Source of the DNA: a virus
Taxonomy: Duplodnaviria > Caudoviricetes
Reading direction: 5' to 3' (one strand)
Length of the DNA: 60,721 nt
IMG/VR virus record: IMGVR_UViG_3300032307_000402
Location: 1-60,721 of that record
The stretch's first letter is position 1. Each line of letters begins with the position of its first letter. The position numbers and the translations under genes were made by a program. The notes under the pieces were generated by a model that saw only the letters and a list, made by a program, of their open reading frames with translations, was not told where the DNA came from and searched no databases. Shown in pieces: positions 9,303 to 19,865 of the stretch.

Positions 9303-10305
9303 TGTGCACCTTTTCGTATAGTGAGTCGTGTAGCTCCTTGTCTTCCTTTACCTTATTGACGAATGCATCTCTACCCTGGACCTTAGAACCATCAGGTAGC
9401 AAGTACCATGCACCAGTTCTATTTACAAACCCAAGCATCTCAGCTGTATCAACAAGATCTCCAACAGAGTCAATGCCAATGGAATCACCCCTGTAATAGA
9501 AGTCATACTCAGCACTATCTCCTGGTGCAGATGTTTTAGAGTTCAGTACTTCCCAGCGAACTTTACGACCAACCTTCTGCTCAATTAGCTTATCTCCAAC
9601 TGGTATCTTAGCCTTGATAGCTTGAGAGTCAGAGCTTGATGAAAACAACTTAACAATTGTAGACGACATGAACTGCGTTGTCAATCCTCCTGTTGGTGCT
9701 GCCTGAGTATAAGTAGCCTGAATATTATTACGTGCCTGAGAAATGGCAACAATAAGGGCAGGCTTTTCTCTATTATTTGCCCAGTTAAGCATTAACCATG
9801 CATGCTTTAGATCCTTAGACTCTGCACCAATCTGCTTGGTCTGATCCAGTGGCTTTAGCTCATCTGAGTCTTTCTCAAAGTATACTGCTGGCAAAAGAGA
9901 GCTAATGCTATCAATTACGATGAGGTCTACGCCTGCCTGAAGCAATGCTACCCCTACATCAACCATGTCATTAATGCTTCGTGCCTCAGAGTAGATTAGC
10001 TGTGACGTATCTACGCCCAGCCTCTTTGCCCATTCCTCATCATAAGACATTTCAGCATCAACCCACGCACAGAGCTTGCCTTCTTTCTGTGCCATGCCAA
10101 TCATCTGCAAGCATAGCGATGACTTTGCACTAGACTTGCTGCCCCACAGCAACACCTGTCTGCCATAAGGAAATCCACCACCAAGTGCACGGTTTAATCC
10201 TGGACTAGGAGTAGGCTGCATCTCTGTCTTAATGCCTACGCCTGTACCAAGACGCTTTCTAATCTTTGGGTCTAGCTGAGCTAGAGCTTCTTCAACTGTT
10301 GTCAA
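9295..10305 (-). CDS. recA: RecA-like recombinase
   Basis: LNRALGGGFPYGR, P-loop GSKSSAKS, DAE, VIDS, ISQAR and GAWY motifs. Confidence 0.92.
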   Translation of the reverse strand: MTTVEEALAQLDPKIRKRLGTGVGIKTEMQPTPSPGLNRALGGGFPYGRQVLLWGSKSSAKSSLCLQMIGMAQKEGKLCAWVDAEMSYDEEWAKRLGVDTSQLIYSEARSINDMVDVGVALLQAGVDLIVIDSISSLLPAVYFEKDSDELKPLDQTKQIGAESKDLKHAWLMLNWANNREKPALIVAISQARNNIQATYTQAAPTGGLTTQFMSSTIVKLFSSSSDSQAIKAKIPVGDKLIEQKVGRKVRWEVLNSKTSAPGDSAEYDFYYRGDSIGIDSVGDLVDTAEMLGFVNRTGAWYLLPDGSKVQGRDAFVNKVKEDKELHDSLYEKVHSV

Positions 10306-13300
10306 TTACATCCTCCATTATTACAGTTCCATCTTTTGTTTTACCAAAATCAAATTTATATGCCATTCCCTCTTTCACCTTCATGTATGCCTTTGGGAAT
10401 GCCGTTGGGAATACTGTGACTGGGTGTAGCTCACGTGAAGCATCTGCAAGCGTTAAAGATGCCATCTTCTTCCCAGTTTTTGTAATCCTTGGCTTAAATG
10501 AAACAACATACATTTCTTCATCTTTAAATGGCAATTGCTTATAATTCAAAAACTTAACTAAAGCAGAATCACTTCCACGAATTTCGTCTACTGGAATTGC
10601 GGTCACAATTCTGTTATCACTAGCCAAAAGCAAATAAGTCTTGCCTGGCTCAATAGTCGTCTGCTCCTCATCGAAGATGCCAACACTACCAGTCTTATCT
10701 AGAATCTCAACACGTGACCATCCCTGGCCACGTTTAATAAGCTTAATCATTCCCATAAGAATGAATGAGCCCTTTTCCTCAAAGTCAGCGACATCATTAA
10801 TAAATGCGTAGTAGTGGTTTGGCACTGTAATGTTAAATTCTGGCAAGTTAAGATATTCATATAGATTTTCACGAATCTCGTCATCATTTCGTGGATGATC
10901 TGCAAATGTTGCTGCACCAATTACACGCAAAGCTTGCAGAGCACGAGAATTGACACCGTTACCTTTACCAAAAGTAAACTCTTCTAGTTCTTTATAGGAA
11001 GAGAATGGTCTCGCTGCTATGTATTTCTGAGCAATATTATCACTAATAAACTTAATAGCACTAAGGCCAAACCTAATGCCCTTGCCTTCAATCTTGAAGT
11101 CAATATCTGACTCGTTGATGTGTGGTAGGCGAATAGGAATATTCATACGCTTAGCTTCAATCAAGTACTCAGTACGAGCATCCTTATCTTTTTCATTCTT
11201 TAGAAGAGAATACATAAACTCTAGTGGATAGTAGTACTTTAGCCATGCTGTCCAAAAAGATAGAGTAGAATATGCTACAGCGTGAGACTTGTTGAATGAG
11301 TACCCTGCGTGAGCCTCAAAGTCATGCCACAGCTCTAATGCTACATTTGGAGAAAGGAATCTTGAAGCTCCATCTACGAACTTGTCTTGGAATTGCTTGA
11401 ACTCCTTAGCATCCTTCTTCTTACCAATGATCTTACGAACCTTGTCAGCCTCAGCCATTGTCATACCGCCAAGTTCCGTACAAGCCTGCATAACCTGTTC
11501 CTGGTACAAGATGCAACCATAGGTCTCAGCAGTAAATGCCTTCATTACTTGGTGGTGGTATGCAATGTTCTGCTTACCATGCTTACGTGCAATGTAGTCT
11601 TTACCAATAGTGTTTGCAGCACCTGGACGTACAAGAGCGTTAGAAGCTGCAAGCTCTGCAAAGCTCTTGACACCCATCTTGACTAGCAAGTTGGTGTATG
11701 GTGTGGCTTCACACTGGAACACGCCCTTGGTATACCCAGAAGATAGCATCTCGTATACCTTTGGATCCTCAGTATTTAAAGATAGCAGATCAATCTTCTT
11801 ACCACTTCTATCTTTAATAATTGCAAGAGTATCCTGAATAACAGATAGAGTCTTTAGGCCTAGAGCATCAATCTTAATTAGACCAATGCGTTCTGCTTCT
11901 TCCATATCTACTGCTACTACTGGGATTCTTTCTCCACTGCCTGGCGATGTTCTCGTTTCCATTGGAGCGACTTTAAATATTGGAGACTTAGAAGTAACAA
12001 CACCAGCAGCGTGAATGCCAGTTCCCCTAATGCGTCCACGAAGTTGGTCACCATACTTTTCAATTTCTGGATACTTCTCCCTAAACCACGCTGCTTGCTT
12101 TGACGTACAGTAATCATCCCAAGTATCCACCACCTTCATAACTTTGTTGACATCTGTCAATGGGATATGTAGGACACGTGCAATATCACGCACAACGCCC
12201 TTGTCCTTAAACTCCAAGAATGTTGCAATAGATGCAACGTGCCTATATTGTCTAACTAGATAATCCTTGACTTCCTCACGACGTGAATCCTGAATATCAG
12301 TATCAATATCTGGAAAGTCATTACGCTCTGGATTAATAAAGCGGAAGAACAGCAATCCATGTACAATTGGGTCTACATCTGTAATGCCAAGTGCATAACA
12401 TAGCAAAGATCCAGCAGCAGAACCACGTCCTGGCCCCACCATAATTCCCTGTTCTTTAGCCCAGTTAATCATATTACGAACAACTAGGAAATATGGCCCA
12501 AAGTTTTTTGATTTAATAACATCTAGCTCTTCGTCAAGCCTGTCCAAATACTCTTGCTTTTCCGCTAGGCCTCGTTGCTTCAAACCCTCCATAGCAAACT
12601 TTAGAAGTTCTTCATTAGGGTTCTGATACTGAACTGGCAATAGGTCTAGGTGATCCTGAATGTCATAGTCCTGAATCTTGTTGGCAATCTCTACTGAATG
12701 CTCATACATATCTTCACGATCAATGCCCTGGGCTTGCATAGCTTTGTGCATCTCTTCGTCAGAAAGCAGATGAATGTCATATTCGCTAAAGCTAATATCA
12801 CGGTCTCCATAAAGATATTGAAGCCTGTCTACAAGGTTGTCGTGCTTACAAGACTTTTCATACGTAGCATCTTTTTGAACCTTGTTAGAGTATGTGTTTA
12901 ATACTAGTTTAAGCTCCTGGATTTCTTTTTGACCAGTGTGAGCGTGATGGCAGTCTGGAGTAATTACGGTCTTTACGCCGTATTCATCAGCCAGGGCAAG
13001 CAACTGCTTGTTAACTTCTGCAGGATTATGTGGCATTACCTCAATGTAGTAATCATCTTTGAATACTCTCTTGTGCCACTCAATAATTCTCTTGGCTTCG
13101 GCAAACTCTTCTGCCTCAATAGCCTTGGCTAGGGCACCAGAGAGGCACCCAGAAAGGACAACAAGTCCTTCTGAGTACTTCTCTAGCACCTCATAGTCGA
13201 TACGTGGCTTCTTGTAGAAACCCTCAGTCCACGCAATCTCGTTGAGCTTGTTTAAGTTTTCTAGCCCAATCTTATCCTTTGCCAGAATGATAACGTGATT

Positions 13301-13570
13301 GTATACAAGATCTAGTAGACCTTGACGCTCTTCCTTATCCCTCTGGTCAAAGCGATTTTCAGTTATATATCCTTCGACTCCAAGAATTGGCTTGATGCCC
13401 TTTTGCTTAGCAATTCGATAAAATTCACGATGCCCAGAAAGAGAACCGTGATCTGTCAATGCCAATGCTGGCATTTGAAGATCTATGGCCCTATCAATGT
13501 ACTCTTCTGGTGTGGCGATACCATCAAATAGGCTAAAGTGCGAATGGACATGCAAACCAATGTAAGTCAA
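10292..13570 (-). CDS. dnaE: DNA polymerase III alpha subunit
   Basis: PHP domain (HVHSHFS, TDHG), GRGSAAGS, PDIDTD, HAAGVV, KIDALGL and YSFNKSH. Confidence 0.96.
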   Translation of the reverse strand: MTYIGLHVHSHFSLFDGIATPEEYIDRAIDLQMPALALTDHGSLSGHREFYRIAKQKGIKPILGVEGYITENRFDQRDKEERQGLLDLVYNHVIILAKDKIGLENLNKLNEIAWTEGFYKKPRIDYEVLEKYSEGLVVLSGCLSGALAKAIEAEEFAEAKRIIEWHKRVFKDDYYIEVMPHNPAEVNKQLLALADEYGVKTVITPDCHHAHTGQKEIQELKLVLNTYSNKVQKDATYEKSCKHDNLVDRLQYLYGDRDISFSEYDIHLLSDEEMHKAMQAQGIDREDMYEHSVEIANKIQDYDIQDHLDLLPVQYQNPNEELLKFAMEGLKQRGLAEKQEYLDRLDEELDVIKSKNFGPYFLVVRNMINWAKEQGIMVGPGRGSAAGSLLCYALGITDVDPIVHGLLFFRFINPERNDFPDIDTDIQDSRREEVKDYLVRQYRHVASIATFLEFKDKGVVRDIARVLHIPLTDVNKVMKVVDTWDDYCTSKQAAWFREKYPEIEKYGDQLRGRIRGTGIHAAGVVTSKSPIFKVAPMETRTSPGSGERIPVVAVDMEEAERIGLIKIDALGLKTLSVIQDTLAIIKDRSGKKIDLLSLNTEDPKVYEMLSSGYTKGVFQCEATPYTNLLVKMGVKSFAELAASNALVRPGAANTIGKDYIARKHGKQNIAYHHQVMKAFTAETYGCILYQEQVMQACTELGGMTMAEADKVRKIIGKKKDAKEFKQFQDKFVDGASRFLSPNVALELWHDFEAHAGYSFNKSHAVAYSTLSFWTAWLKYYYPLEFMYSLLKNEKDKDARTEYLIEAKRMNIPIRLPHINESDIDFKIEGKGIRFGLSAIKFISDNIAQKYIAARPFSSYKELEEFTFGKGNGVNSRALQALRVIGAATFADHPRNDDEIRENLYEYLNLPEFNITVPNHYYAFINDVADFEEKGSFILMGMIKLIKRGQGWSRVEILDKTGSVGIFDEEQTTIEPGKTYLLLASDNRIVTAIPVDEIRGSDSALVKFLNYKQLPFKDEEMYVVSFKPRITKTGKKMASLTLADASRELHPVTVFPTAFPKAYMKVKEGMAYKFDFGKTKDGTVIMEDVIDNS

Positions 13571-13579
13571 TTCTACCTC

Positions 13580-14236
13580 TTACCAGTCCATGTTGGAAGA
13601 AGAAGATGCTCCTGGTGTGTCAAAGCCCAGATAGAAAGCCTCCTGCTCTGCATATGGAACCTTGTTCAATGCAGACTCTAGTGGGAATGGCTTTACATCA
13701 GACCAATTAAATGGCTGAGTATCTGGTGCAGATGGAATTAGAGTGTAGCTGGTCTCAGTACCCTGGCCATTACGCTTTAGCTTCCACTGTAGGTTTGAGA
13801 TACTTCCAGTCTCAATTGCATACTCACGAATAGTGTTAAATGCAGACTGCTTGCTGACACCCATAGACCAAATAGCTACGTATGGTGCCTCAATGCCATC
13901 ATCTACTACAACGTTACAGTAGAAACGCAGACGACCACGCCATCCTGCCTTTGGGTCCTTGCGGTGCATCTCTTCTGCCCAGTCACGGCCCTCAGTGTCC
14001 ATGGTGTCTACTGCCTTACGCTTGTAGTCCTTTGGATTAGTGTGCTCCTTAACAACAAGAGCAAGACCACGATCTGCAGAATAGCTAGCAGAATCTTCAT
14101 CTAGCTCTTCAACAAAACGGATCTTAACAGACTGACCGTCTGCAAGCTTTAGCCAACGAACCTTGGCTGTGTTCTCATCGTACTTTGGCTTATCAAGTAG
14201 TGCATTGATATTCTTTAGCCCTTTTACAACACTCAT
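13580..14236 (-). CDS. Single-stranded DNA-binding protein (gp32-like)
   Basis: KLADGQSVKIRF and KRNGQGTETSY motifs, acidic/aromatic C-terminus, located between primase and polymerase. Confidence 0.7.
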   Translation of the reverse strand: MSVVKGLKNINALLDKPKYDENTAKVRWLKLADGQSVKIRFVEELDEDSASYSADRGLALVVKEHTNPKDYKRKAVDTMDTEGRDWAEEMHRKDPKAGWRGRLRFYCNVVVDDGIEAPYVAIWSMGVSKQSAFNTIREYAIETGSISNLQWKLKRNGQGTETSYTLIPSAPDTQPFNWSDVKPFPLESALNKVPYAEQEAFYLGFDTPGASSSSNMDW

Positions 14237-14279
14237 AGTGTATATCTCCTTATAGTAATTGCTATATAAATTAGCTTTA

Positions 14280-15224
14280 TTAGTTTAGCATTAGCGATAT
14301 GGTTTTGTCAAACGAATAATCAATATTTTTTATTGCCTCATCGTCCATATCTCCAATATCTTTATATTTTTTGTCTAATGTGACAACGGTAACACGAGAT
14401 CCAAGTCGTTCAACTATCCTGTCTTTCATATTACCGCCTGCTTCATCGTTATCTGCAATAACATAAATGTCATTGAAATACTTTTGAAGAAGTTCTATTT
14501 GTATGTTGGATACATTTGCACCCAATGTAGCTACCGCTGGAAAACCACACTGATCTAAGCGAATGGCATCAAATGAGGATTCAACTACGTATACTTTATT
14601 AGCTGTTTTAATTCTATGCAAATTAAACAATACCTTAGACTTTGGCAGGCCTGGAGTATTTTTAAAATCTTTTCCTTCAACAGACCTTCCAACAAAGCCT
14701 ACCTCCATGCCATCTGGGGAATGTACTGGAATAGTTACCATATCTTGCTTATCAGAATAGCCAAGTGCAAACTTGCGAACAGACTCTTCTGTAATAGACC
14801 TACCAAGATAATACCTCATGGCCCTTGGAGACTCTAATGCTTGCTGGTTTAATCTCTTAATCAAAACTTGATCATATTGAACATAGTCAGCTTTAGCGAC
14901 AAGCTTTCTGTTTATCTCTTGTTCAATGCTGGCATCAGTTTCCTTACTCTTAATGTATCTTGCTGCCTCAAAATATGTTCTACCAGAGGTATGCATAATT
15001 AATTGAATAAGATCAGTGACATGGTGACATGAAAAACAGAAGAAAACGCCAGAAGTTTTGTCTACTTCGCCTGCTGGAGTTCTGTGATTACCATGGAATG
15101 GGCAGAAAATAATGTAATCAGAGTCTACCTCAGATTCAACATCTATACCTGCTCCTGCGAGAACTCGCTTAATTTGCTCTGCTGTATAGATATTACTTTG
15201 GTTTCGTCTATTCCTATAATCCAT
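14280..15224 (-). CDS. dnaG: DNA primase
   Basis: Zn finger (CPFH, CFSC), GRSV, TOPRIM motifs VESSFD and DNDEAG. Confidence 0.92.
   Translation of the reverse strand: MDYRNRRNQSNIYTAEQIKRVLAGAGIDVESEVDSDYIIFCPFHGNHRTPAGEVDKTSGVFFCFSCHHVTDLIQLIMHTSGRTYFEAARYIKSKETDASIEQEINRKLVAKADYVQYDQVLIKRLNQQALESPRAMRYYLGRSITEESVRKFALGYSDKQDMVTIPVHSPDGMEVGFVGRSVEGKDFKNTPGLPKSKVLFNLHRIKTANKVYVVESSFDAIRLDQCGFPAVATLGANVSNIQIELLQKYFNDIYVIADNDEAGGNMKDRIVERLGSRVTVVTLDKKYKDIGDMDDEAIKNIDYSFDKTISLMLN
14282..14290 (-). promoter_or_regulatory. Extended -10 TGCTAAACT upstream of the SSB gene
   Basis: Motif match; RBS AAGGAG lies downstream before ATG 14236. Confidence 0.45.
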
Positions 15225-15469
15225 TCTGCTTTTTTCTTCCCTACGTATACTCCATATAATGTTAATTCAAATTCAAAGTACTGTTTTTCTTCTATATATT
15301 TTATTGTAAAATCCTGATTAATGTCAAGTCTTGGGACATAGCCAAGAAGTTTCATTTCTGTCTTTAATAGTCTACCATACTCGTCACGCAGTCTAACAAT
15401 TGCAGAGTCGTCATAAATAATACCATTCAGGTGAAACCTTTTTATGGGCTTATGATGCAAGGTATCCAT
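15143..15469 (-). CDS. Hypothetical protein
   Basis: ORF track; TATAAT 6 nt upstream of the ATG. Confidence 0.65.
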   Translation of the reverse strand: MDTLHHKPIKRFHLNGIIYDDSAIVRLRDEYGRLLKTEMKLLGYVPRLDINQDFTIKYIEEKQYFEFELTLYGVYVGKKKAEWIIGIDETKVISIQQSKLSEFSQEQV

Positions 15470-15482
15470 GCATATATTATAA

Positions 15483-16703
15483 CTACATATCTTCCATATC
15501 TTTGTACTTATACCATCCCTTGTCGAAGTCTACCTGCACTAGGAATTCCCCCATAAAGCCATTACGGTTTTTGCGGAAAACACACTCAATAATGTCTGAG
15601 TTAGCCCCTCTACCAAGAGCCATTACCCAGTCAGCATCGTAGGCAATCTGACGAGACCATGCAGTCTGACCTAGGGTAGGCACAGTATCTAGCTTTGTAA
15701 CGTCATCTGGAGTCGCTGAGGAGATAGCTATGATTGGGACCTCTTCTGCAATAGCCAGAAGCTTTAGCTCACGAGAAAGGTTCTTCATGCGAACAGTCTC
15801 ATTATCTGATTTTTGATTTGGAGACATAAGCTGTAGATAATCTACAATTACAAAGTCTGGCTTATACTGATCAATCTTTCCACGCAAAACAGATGGGTTT
15901 ACATCTCCACCAGAATCATTAGAAATAATGTGAAACTCTGGCTTACCCTCAAGCTTTGACTTGTGCCAACGCTTTAAGTCGTCAATATCAACCATACCGT
16001 TGCTTAGTTTACGATGTGACCAAAGTCCTTCTCCCATAATTGTAAATACACGATTACGAACTTCTGTCTCACTCATTTCTAGGGAGATTACTAGAGGTGA
16101 CTTTCCTTGCTTCCATGCCTGTACTGCAAAGTATAGTGAAAGCCAAGACTTTCCAATACCTGGATACGCTAGGAATACTCCAAGCTGTCCTGGCATAATG
16201 CCTGCAGGGAGATAGTTGTCAAATCCTGGTAGGCCAGTTTTAATTCCAACTGAGCCAAGCTCTTGCTGCTTCTTTAAATTTTCATAATAGGCTATAGCAC
16301 TTTCAAGATCAGTTACATCAATATCTCTAATTGCTGCAGTGTTCTTTTTTAGTTCAGAGGTTTTAGTAATTAGCTCTTCAAGGGCCTTAGTTCCTTGTCC
16401 ACTCTGGACCTCTCCTGCAGCATTTCTAAGAATATCCTTAAGACTGTCATTAAGATATTCGCCCTGCAATTCTTCTAAGTGATGCTTGGTAGACCCTACA
16501 CTTTCTACTGGAGTAAAGTCTCTAAATTTTTCAACGACTAGGCTCTTTGGCGGAACAGCATTATTTTGTTCAGAATATAGCCTGATAAAGTTCCAGATAT
16601 CGTTATGCGTTCTAAGCAAAGTTTCAACATTTGCTTGTAGCAAAACGTGAATTTGCCTATCTTCTAGTACTGCTGATAGTACCTTAGCTTCTGTATTACT
16701 CAC
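15483..16703 (-). CDS. dnaB: Replicative DnaB-like helicase
   Basis: AYPGIGKS, SLEMS, IVDYLQLM, DAD and KNRNG motifs. Confidence 0.93.
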   Translation of the reverse strand: MSNTEAKVLSAVLEDRQIHVLLQANVETLLRTHNDIWNFIRLYSEQNNAVPPKSLVVEKFRDFTPVESVGSTKHHLEELQGEYLNDSLKDILRNAAGEVQSGQGTKALEELITKTSELKKNTAAIRDIDVTDLESAIAYYENLKKQQELGSVGIKTGLPGFDNYLPAGIMPGQLGVFLAYPGIGKSWLSLYFAVQAWKQGKSPLVISLEMSETEVRNRVFTIMGEGLWSHRKLSNGMVDIDDLKRWHKSKLEGKPEFHIISNDSGGDVNPSVLRGKIDQYKPDFVIVDYLQLMSPNQKSDNETVRMKNLSRELKLLAIAEEVPIIAISSATPDDVTKLDTVPTLGQTAWSRQIAYDADWVMALGRGANSDIIECVFRKNRNGFMGEFLVQVDFDKGWYKYKDMEDM

Positions 16704-17004
16704 TTAACCACTTCTTTGCTGCCAGCCTACGCTGTGCTCGTTCTTGTTTGTCTTGTTCATACTGCTCACGCTTATCAATGATATCTTGAGCATAATTGGC
16801 AAAGTATTTCCATGCTGGAGACTGTGCCACGTCGAAATAATATTGTAGCAAATCATAGCAGCCTTGTAAAGAGTAGGACTCAATTAGGCCGTCTGCTGAC
16901 CATTGCTCTACATTTATATTAAAGGTTGGCTTTTGCCCATACTTAGCAGTATGCAACTTGCTATAGCGACTTAGCAAAGCCATACGGTCTTTGCGTTCAG
17001 CCAT
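16696..17004 (-). CDS. Hypothetical protein coupled to the helicase gene
   Basis: ORF track; overlaps the dnaB start. Confidence 0.65.
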   Translation of the reverse strand: MAERKDRMALLSRYSKLHTAKYGQKPTFNINVEQWSADGLIESYSLQGCYDLLQYYFDVAQSPAWKYFANYAQDIIDKREQYEQDKQERAQRRLAAKKWLSE

Positions 17005-17214
17005 TTACTTTGCCTCTATCTCCGCAGAAGCTTCCTTAACCTTTTCAGCAAGCTTGCCTTCTACAAAGCTATACACACGCTCAAAGGCTTCGTTAGTATT
17101 TTCGCCTTCACGCTTGCTGTCTGTTACTGCAAGATCAATCCTTAGTGATTGAAAATTTCCTAAATTAAGAGTGTAGCCCAAAGTTACGCCAATCTTAGTG
17201 CTCTCGTTTTCCAT
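17005..17214 (-). CDS. Hypothetical protein
   Basis: TLNLGNFQSLRID motif; start uncertain. Confidence 0.6.
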   Translation of the reverse strand: MENESTKIGVTLGYTLNLGNFQSLRIDLAVTDSKREGENTNEAFERVYSFVEGKLAEKVKEASAEIEAK

Positions 17215-17230
17215 ACCCATCATCTTTCTT

Positions 17231-17773
17231 CTATATTGATTCAGACCAAACAGGAACAAACCTGCCGTCTTCTGTTCTCATATAAGTCAGTATACCATCA
17301 CCCATACGTCTTGTCAACTCTTGCCTAGATGGGGTTATATCGTTAGTTATGAGTCCGTCTTTACGTGGCCTTCCCATATGATAGGAAGCAAGTATATCAC
17401 GAATTTCAAGAACTTGCGACTCTGAGTAATAGCTTCTTACTTGCCACCCAGTTTCCCCACCCTTTTGAGATCCAGTTGGATGTGGGATTATTCCACGTCT
17501 CATTAGGTTAGGCATATACTTTTTATGTCTATTTACTAGCTTAGCGGTTTCGCCAACTGTATAGGCACGTTGTCTATTTTTCTTAAAATCTGAGACTAAA
17601 CAGCTTTCAATCCTATCATGAATAATATTATAAACAGACATAATTCCGTTAGACCTATTTATGTGATGAGATCTTACTAAATCTCCGTTTAAGAACCAAA
17701 CCTTTTTACTGCCAGGAATAACTGGCAACTTGTTGTATTCTTCAAGACTTACAAAACCATCTTTACTCTGCAT
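17231..17773 (-). CDS. MerR-like HTH DNA-binding protein
   Basis: YTVGETAKLVNRHKKYMPNLMRRGIIP followed by RSYYSES. Confidence 0.65.
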   Translation of the reverse strand: MQSKDGFVSLEEYNKLPVIPGSKKVWFLNGDLVRSHHINRSNGIMSVYNIIHDRIESCLVSDFKKNRQRAYTVGETAKLVNRHKKYMPNLMRRGIIPHPTGSQKGGETGWQVRSYYSESQVLEIRDILASYHMGRPRKDGLITNDITPSRQELTRRMGDGILTYMRTEDGRFVPVWSESI

Positions 17774-17787
17774 AGAACAGACCTTCT

Positions 17788-18225
17788 TTAGTTAGGTACA
17801 CCTATTGCAATAATGTTAAGCTTATAAGAGGCTGCTCCAGAAGCATTGTATGTAACTGAAATATCTGCTCTAGAGTTTGTAACACTTTCAACAACTACTG
17901 CGATGTTTTTACCAGCAGTTGTAGCATTTTGAAGCTGTGGTGTTACAACAACAATTGGTGGATACTTATATTCACCCTTAAAAGAATAGTTGTAGGATGC
18001 TGTTTTGCCAACAGTAATGTTTTCATCACTTACCAAAATCTGTCCAGCAACTACCTTCATTTCTGATATCAGGCTATTTTGTGTGCCATTTGAAGTGTCA
18101 ATAGATGCATACTTGTATGTTGAAGATGATACCTGAGATGAGATATCATTAACAGCTTCAACAATCTGATAAATGTATGATACGTCTAGAGGCTGACCTC
18201 TATCTGGTGTAGGAATTTTTGCCAT
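17788..18225 (-). CDS. Putative tail-tip/fibre protein (H-type lectin-like C-terminus)
   Basis: YKYPPIVVVT and LNIIAIG; last gene of the tail module. Confidence 0.5.
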   Translation of the reverse strand: MAKIPTPDRGQPLDVSYIYQIVEAVNDISSQVSSSTYKYASIDTSNGTQNSLISEMKVVAGQILVSDENITVGKTASYNYSFKGEYKYPPIVVVTPQLQNATTAGKNIAVVVESVTNSRADISVTYNASGAASYKLNIIAIGVPN

Positions 18226-18234
18226 AGTTACTCC

Positions 18235-18243
18235 ATTATAGCA
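18235..18243 (-). promoter_or_regulatory. Extended -10 TGCTATAAT
   Basis: Intergenic, 9 nt upstream of ATG 18225. Confidence 0.65.
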
Positions 18244-18762
18244 CTAAAACTGTCTATTTGTAAGCTCAAATACTTTTGCCCCAGGAACTACAATTTTGGG
18301 GAAGGTTGATCTTTGAAGCAAAAAGTTTGCTCCAGTAAAAGATGCCTTAGTTGTTGGCTTAATTATATCTAATCTATTTGATGTAAAAGATCCATAATAC
18401 TCATACTCTGCCCCAGTTGGAAAGGTTACAGTACCTCCAGAAAACGACCCCCACTTTACATACAAATCATATTCCTGAATTGTTGATAAGATAGGTGGGA
18501 TTTCCCAGTTAATTGTGGCTAGATTTGCACTAACTCTGGTGTAAATAGAATTGATAGTTACAAGTGGTGAAATGAGGGTAGCTACAGTTGGGGCAATAAT
18601 TTTATATATAGGAGACCATTCAGAAAATGTATTCTTATCTTCAGAAATAACTCTATATCTTAATTGATATTCACCCCTTGCAGTACCGTTTACTACTCTA
18701 GCAGCAAGCTTTAGGGACTGTAATGGAACAATTACTCTTTTATTTGCTGCATCATTTTCCAT
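18244..18762 (-). CDS. Putative minor tail protein (FN3-like)
   Basis: YRVISEDKNTFSEWSP; located in the tail module. Confidence 0.5.
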   Translation of the reverse strand: MENDAANKRVIVPLQSLKLAARVVNGTARGEYQLRYRVISEDKNTFSEWSPIYKIIAPTVATLISPLVTINSIYTRVSANLATINWEIPPILSTIQEYDLYVKWGSFSGGTVTFPTGAEYEYYGSFTSNRLDIIKPTTKASFTGANFLLQRSTFPKIVVPGAKVFELTNRQF

Positions 18763-19865
18763 TAAATATCAATTCCAAGTCTAAATTCTACATAACTACT
18801 GCTATTTGGGAATTTGATTACTGGAGTTGGATAGGTGTTCGTGCCATCAGTACCCTGATTGACAATAACAGAATATCCAGTTAAACCATAAATGGGATTT
18901 TCTGATGATATGTTGTCAATTCTAACTGCATCCAAAGCAACAAAATAATCATCAGTTGCAACTGCTCCATCAACTACTGAAACAAATATTTTTAGTGTGG
19001 ATACCTGTGACCATAAGAATCCAGTACTCTTAGTTATTTGACCTAAAGATTTTGATACTATAAAATATCTTGTATCATTGAAGTCATAGTCTCCACCAAC
19101 AGAAGAATCTTTTACTTGTCCTAAAAATGTAGCAGTTTCTCCAGTAGTAGTAAGGAACTGAAGTGTTACATTTACTTCGTCTGGCTTTGCTGCTGGAGTT
19201 GTTCCTGAAACATTGACTAATGAAAATGCCACCTTCATAATATCGCTTGATGCATTTCTTTCAAGATTTAAAGATCCTGTTGGTAATGATATGAAGTTTG
19301 TGCTTGTCGTGCCAGTTGGGGAAAAGTCACCCCTAATCATGACCATATTATTTAAATATCTGCATTGTTCATTTCTTTTTTGTCTATTTATATTAGCAAA
19401 AAATCTATTTGTTGCATTAGTTTGAAAAGCTAAACTAGTTGTAGCCAAATCATTAGTTGCATTGGTAGCATCTAGAGGAGTATCTATAATAGGAAGTGTA
19501 TTACCATTATATGTCCAGGCTTCTTGTCTTGCAAAAGAATATAAAATTCTACTGTCATATCCAGAAATTAATGGGTTTGAGCCTGCTGAATACAGTCCAA
19601 TTTCAGTAATTTCATATCTTTCAAGGCTTGGAATTTCTGCAGTAAAAACAATCTTTGTTTCGTTGTCTTCAGTAATGTAGCCTCTGGAACTAATTGGCAC
19701 CCTAAACATTTCAAAATCAAGTACTTGCTTATCAGAATAGTCGTCAAGCTCTGCTGAAGTTTCTAGTGGAATAGCTCCACAGCCAAGGGCTATATGCGAG
19801 GCATAGGCTGGGGCATTACCAATAAGGTATTTAGCCAATATGTTTTTGCCAGTATTTGTTATCAT
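18762..19865 (-). CDS. Putative baseplate/minor tail protein
   Basis: MITNTGKNILAKYL and ITEIGLY resemble tail-collar/baseplate N-termini. Confidence 0.55.
   Translation of the reverse strand: MITNTGKNILAKYLIGNAPAYASHIALGCGAIPLETSAELDDYSDKQVLDFEMFRVPISSRGYITEDNETKIVFTAEIPSLERYEITEIGLYSAGSNPLISGYDSRILYSFARQEAWTYNGNTLPIIDTPLDATNATNDLATTSLAFQTNATNRFFANINRQKRNEQCRYLNNMVMIRGDFSPTGTTSTNFISLPTGSLNLERNASSDIMKVAFSLVNVSGTTPAAKPDEVNVTLQFLTTTGETATFLGQVKDSSVGGDYDFNDTRYFIVSKSLGQITKSTGFLWSQVSTLKIFVSVVDGAVATDDYFVALDAVRIDNISSENPIYGLTGYSVIVNQGTDGTNTYPTPVIKFPNSSSYVEFRLGIDI

Noticed and set aside
2251-16703. Inteins or introns in terL, recA, dnaE or dnaB
   Set aside because: Protein lengths are normal, frames are continuous, and no splice-junction or LAGLIDADG motifs were seen.
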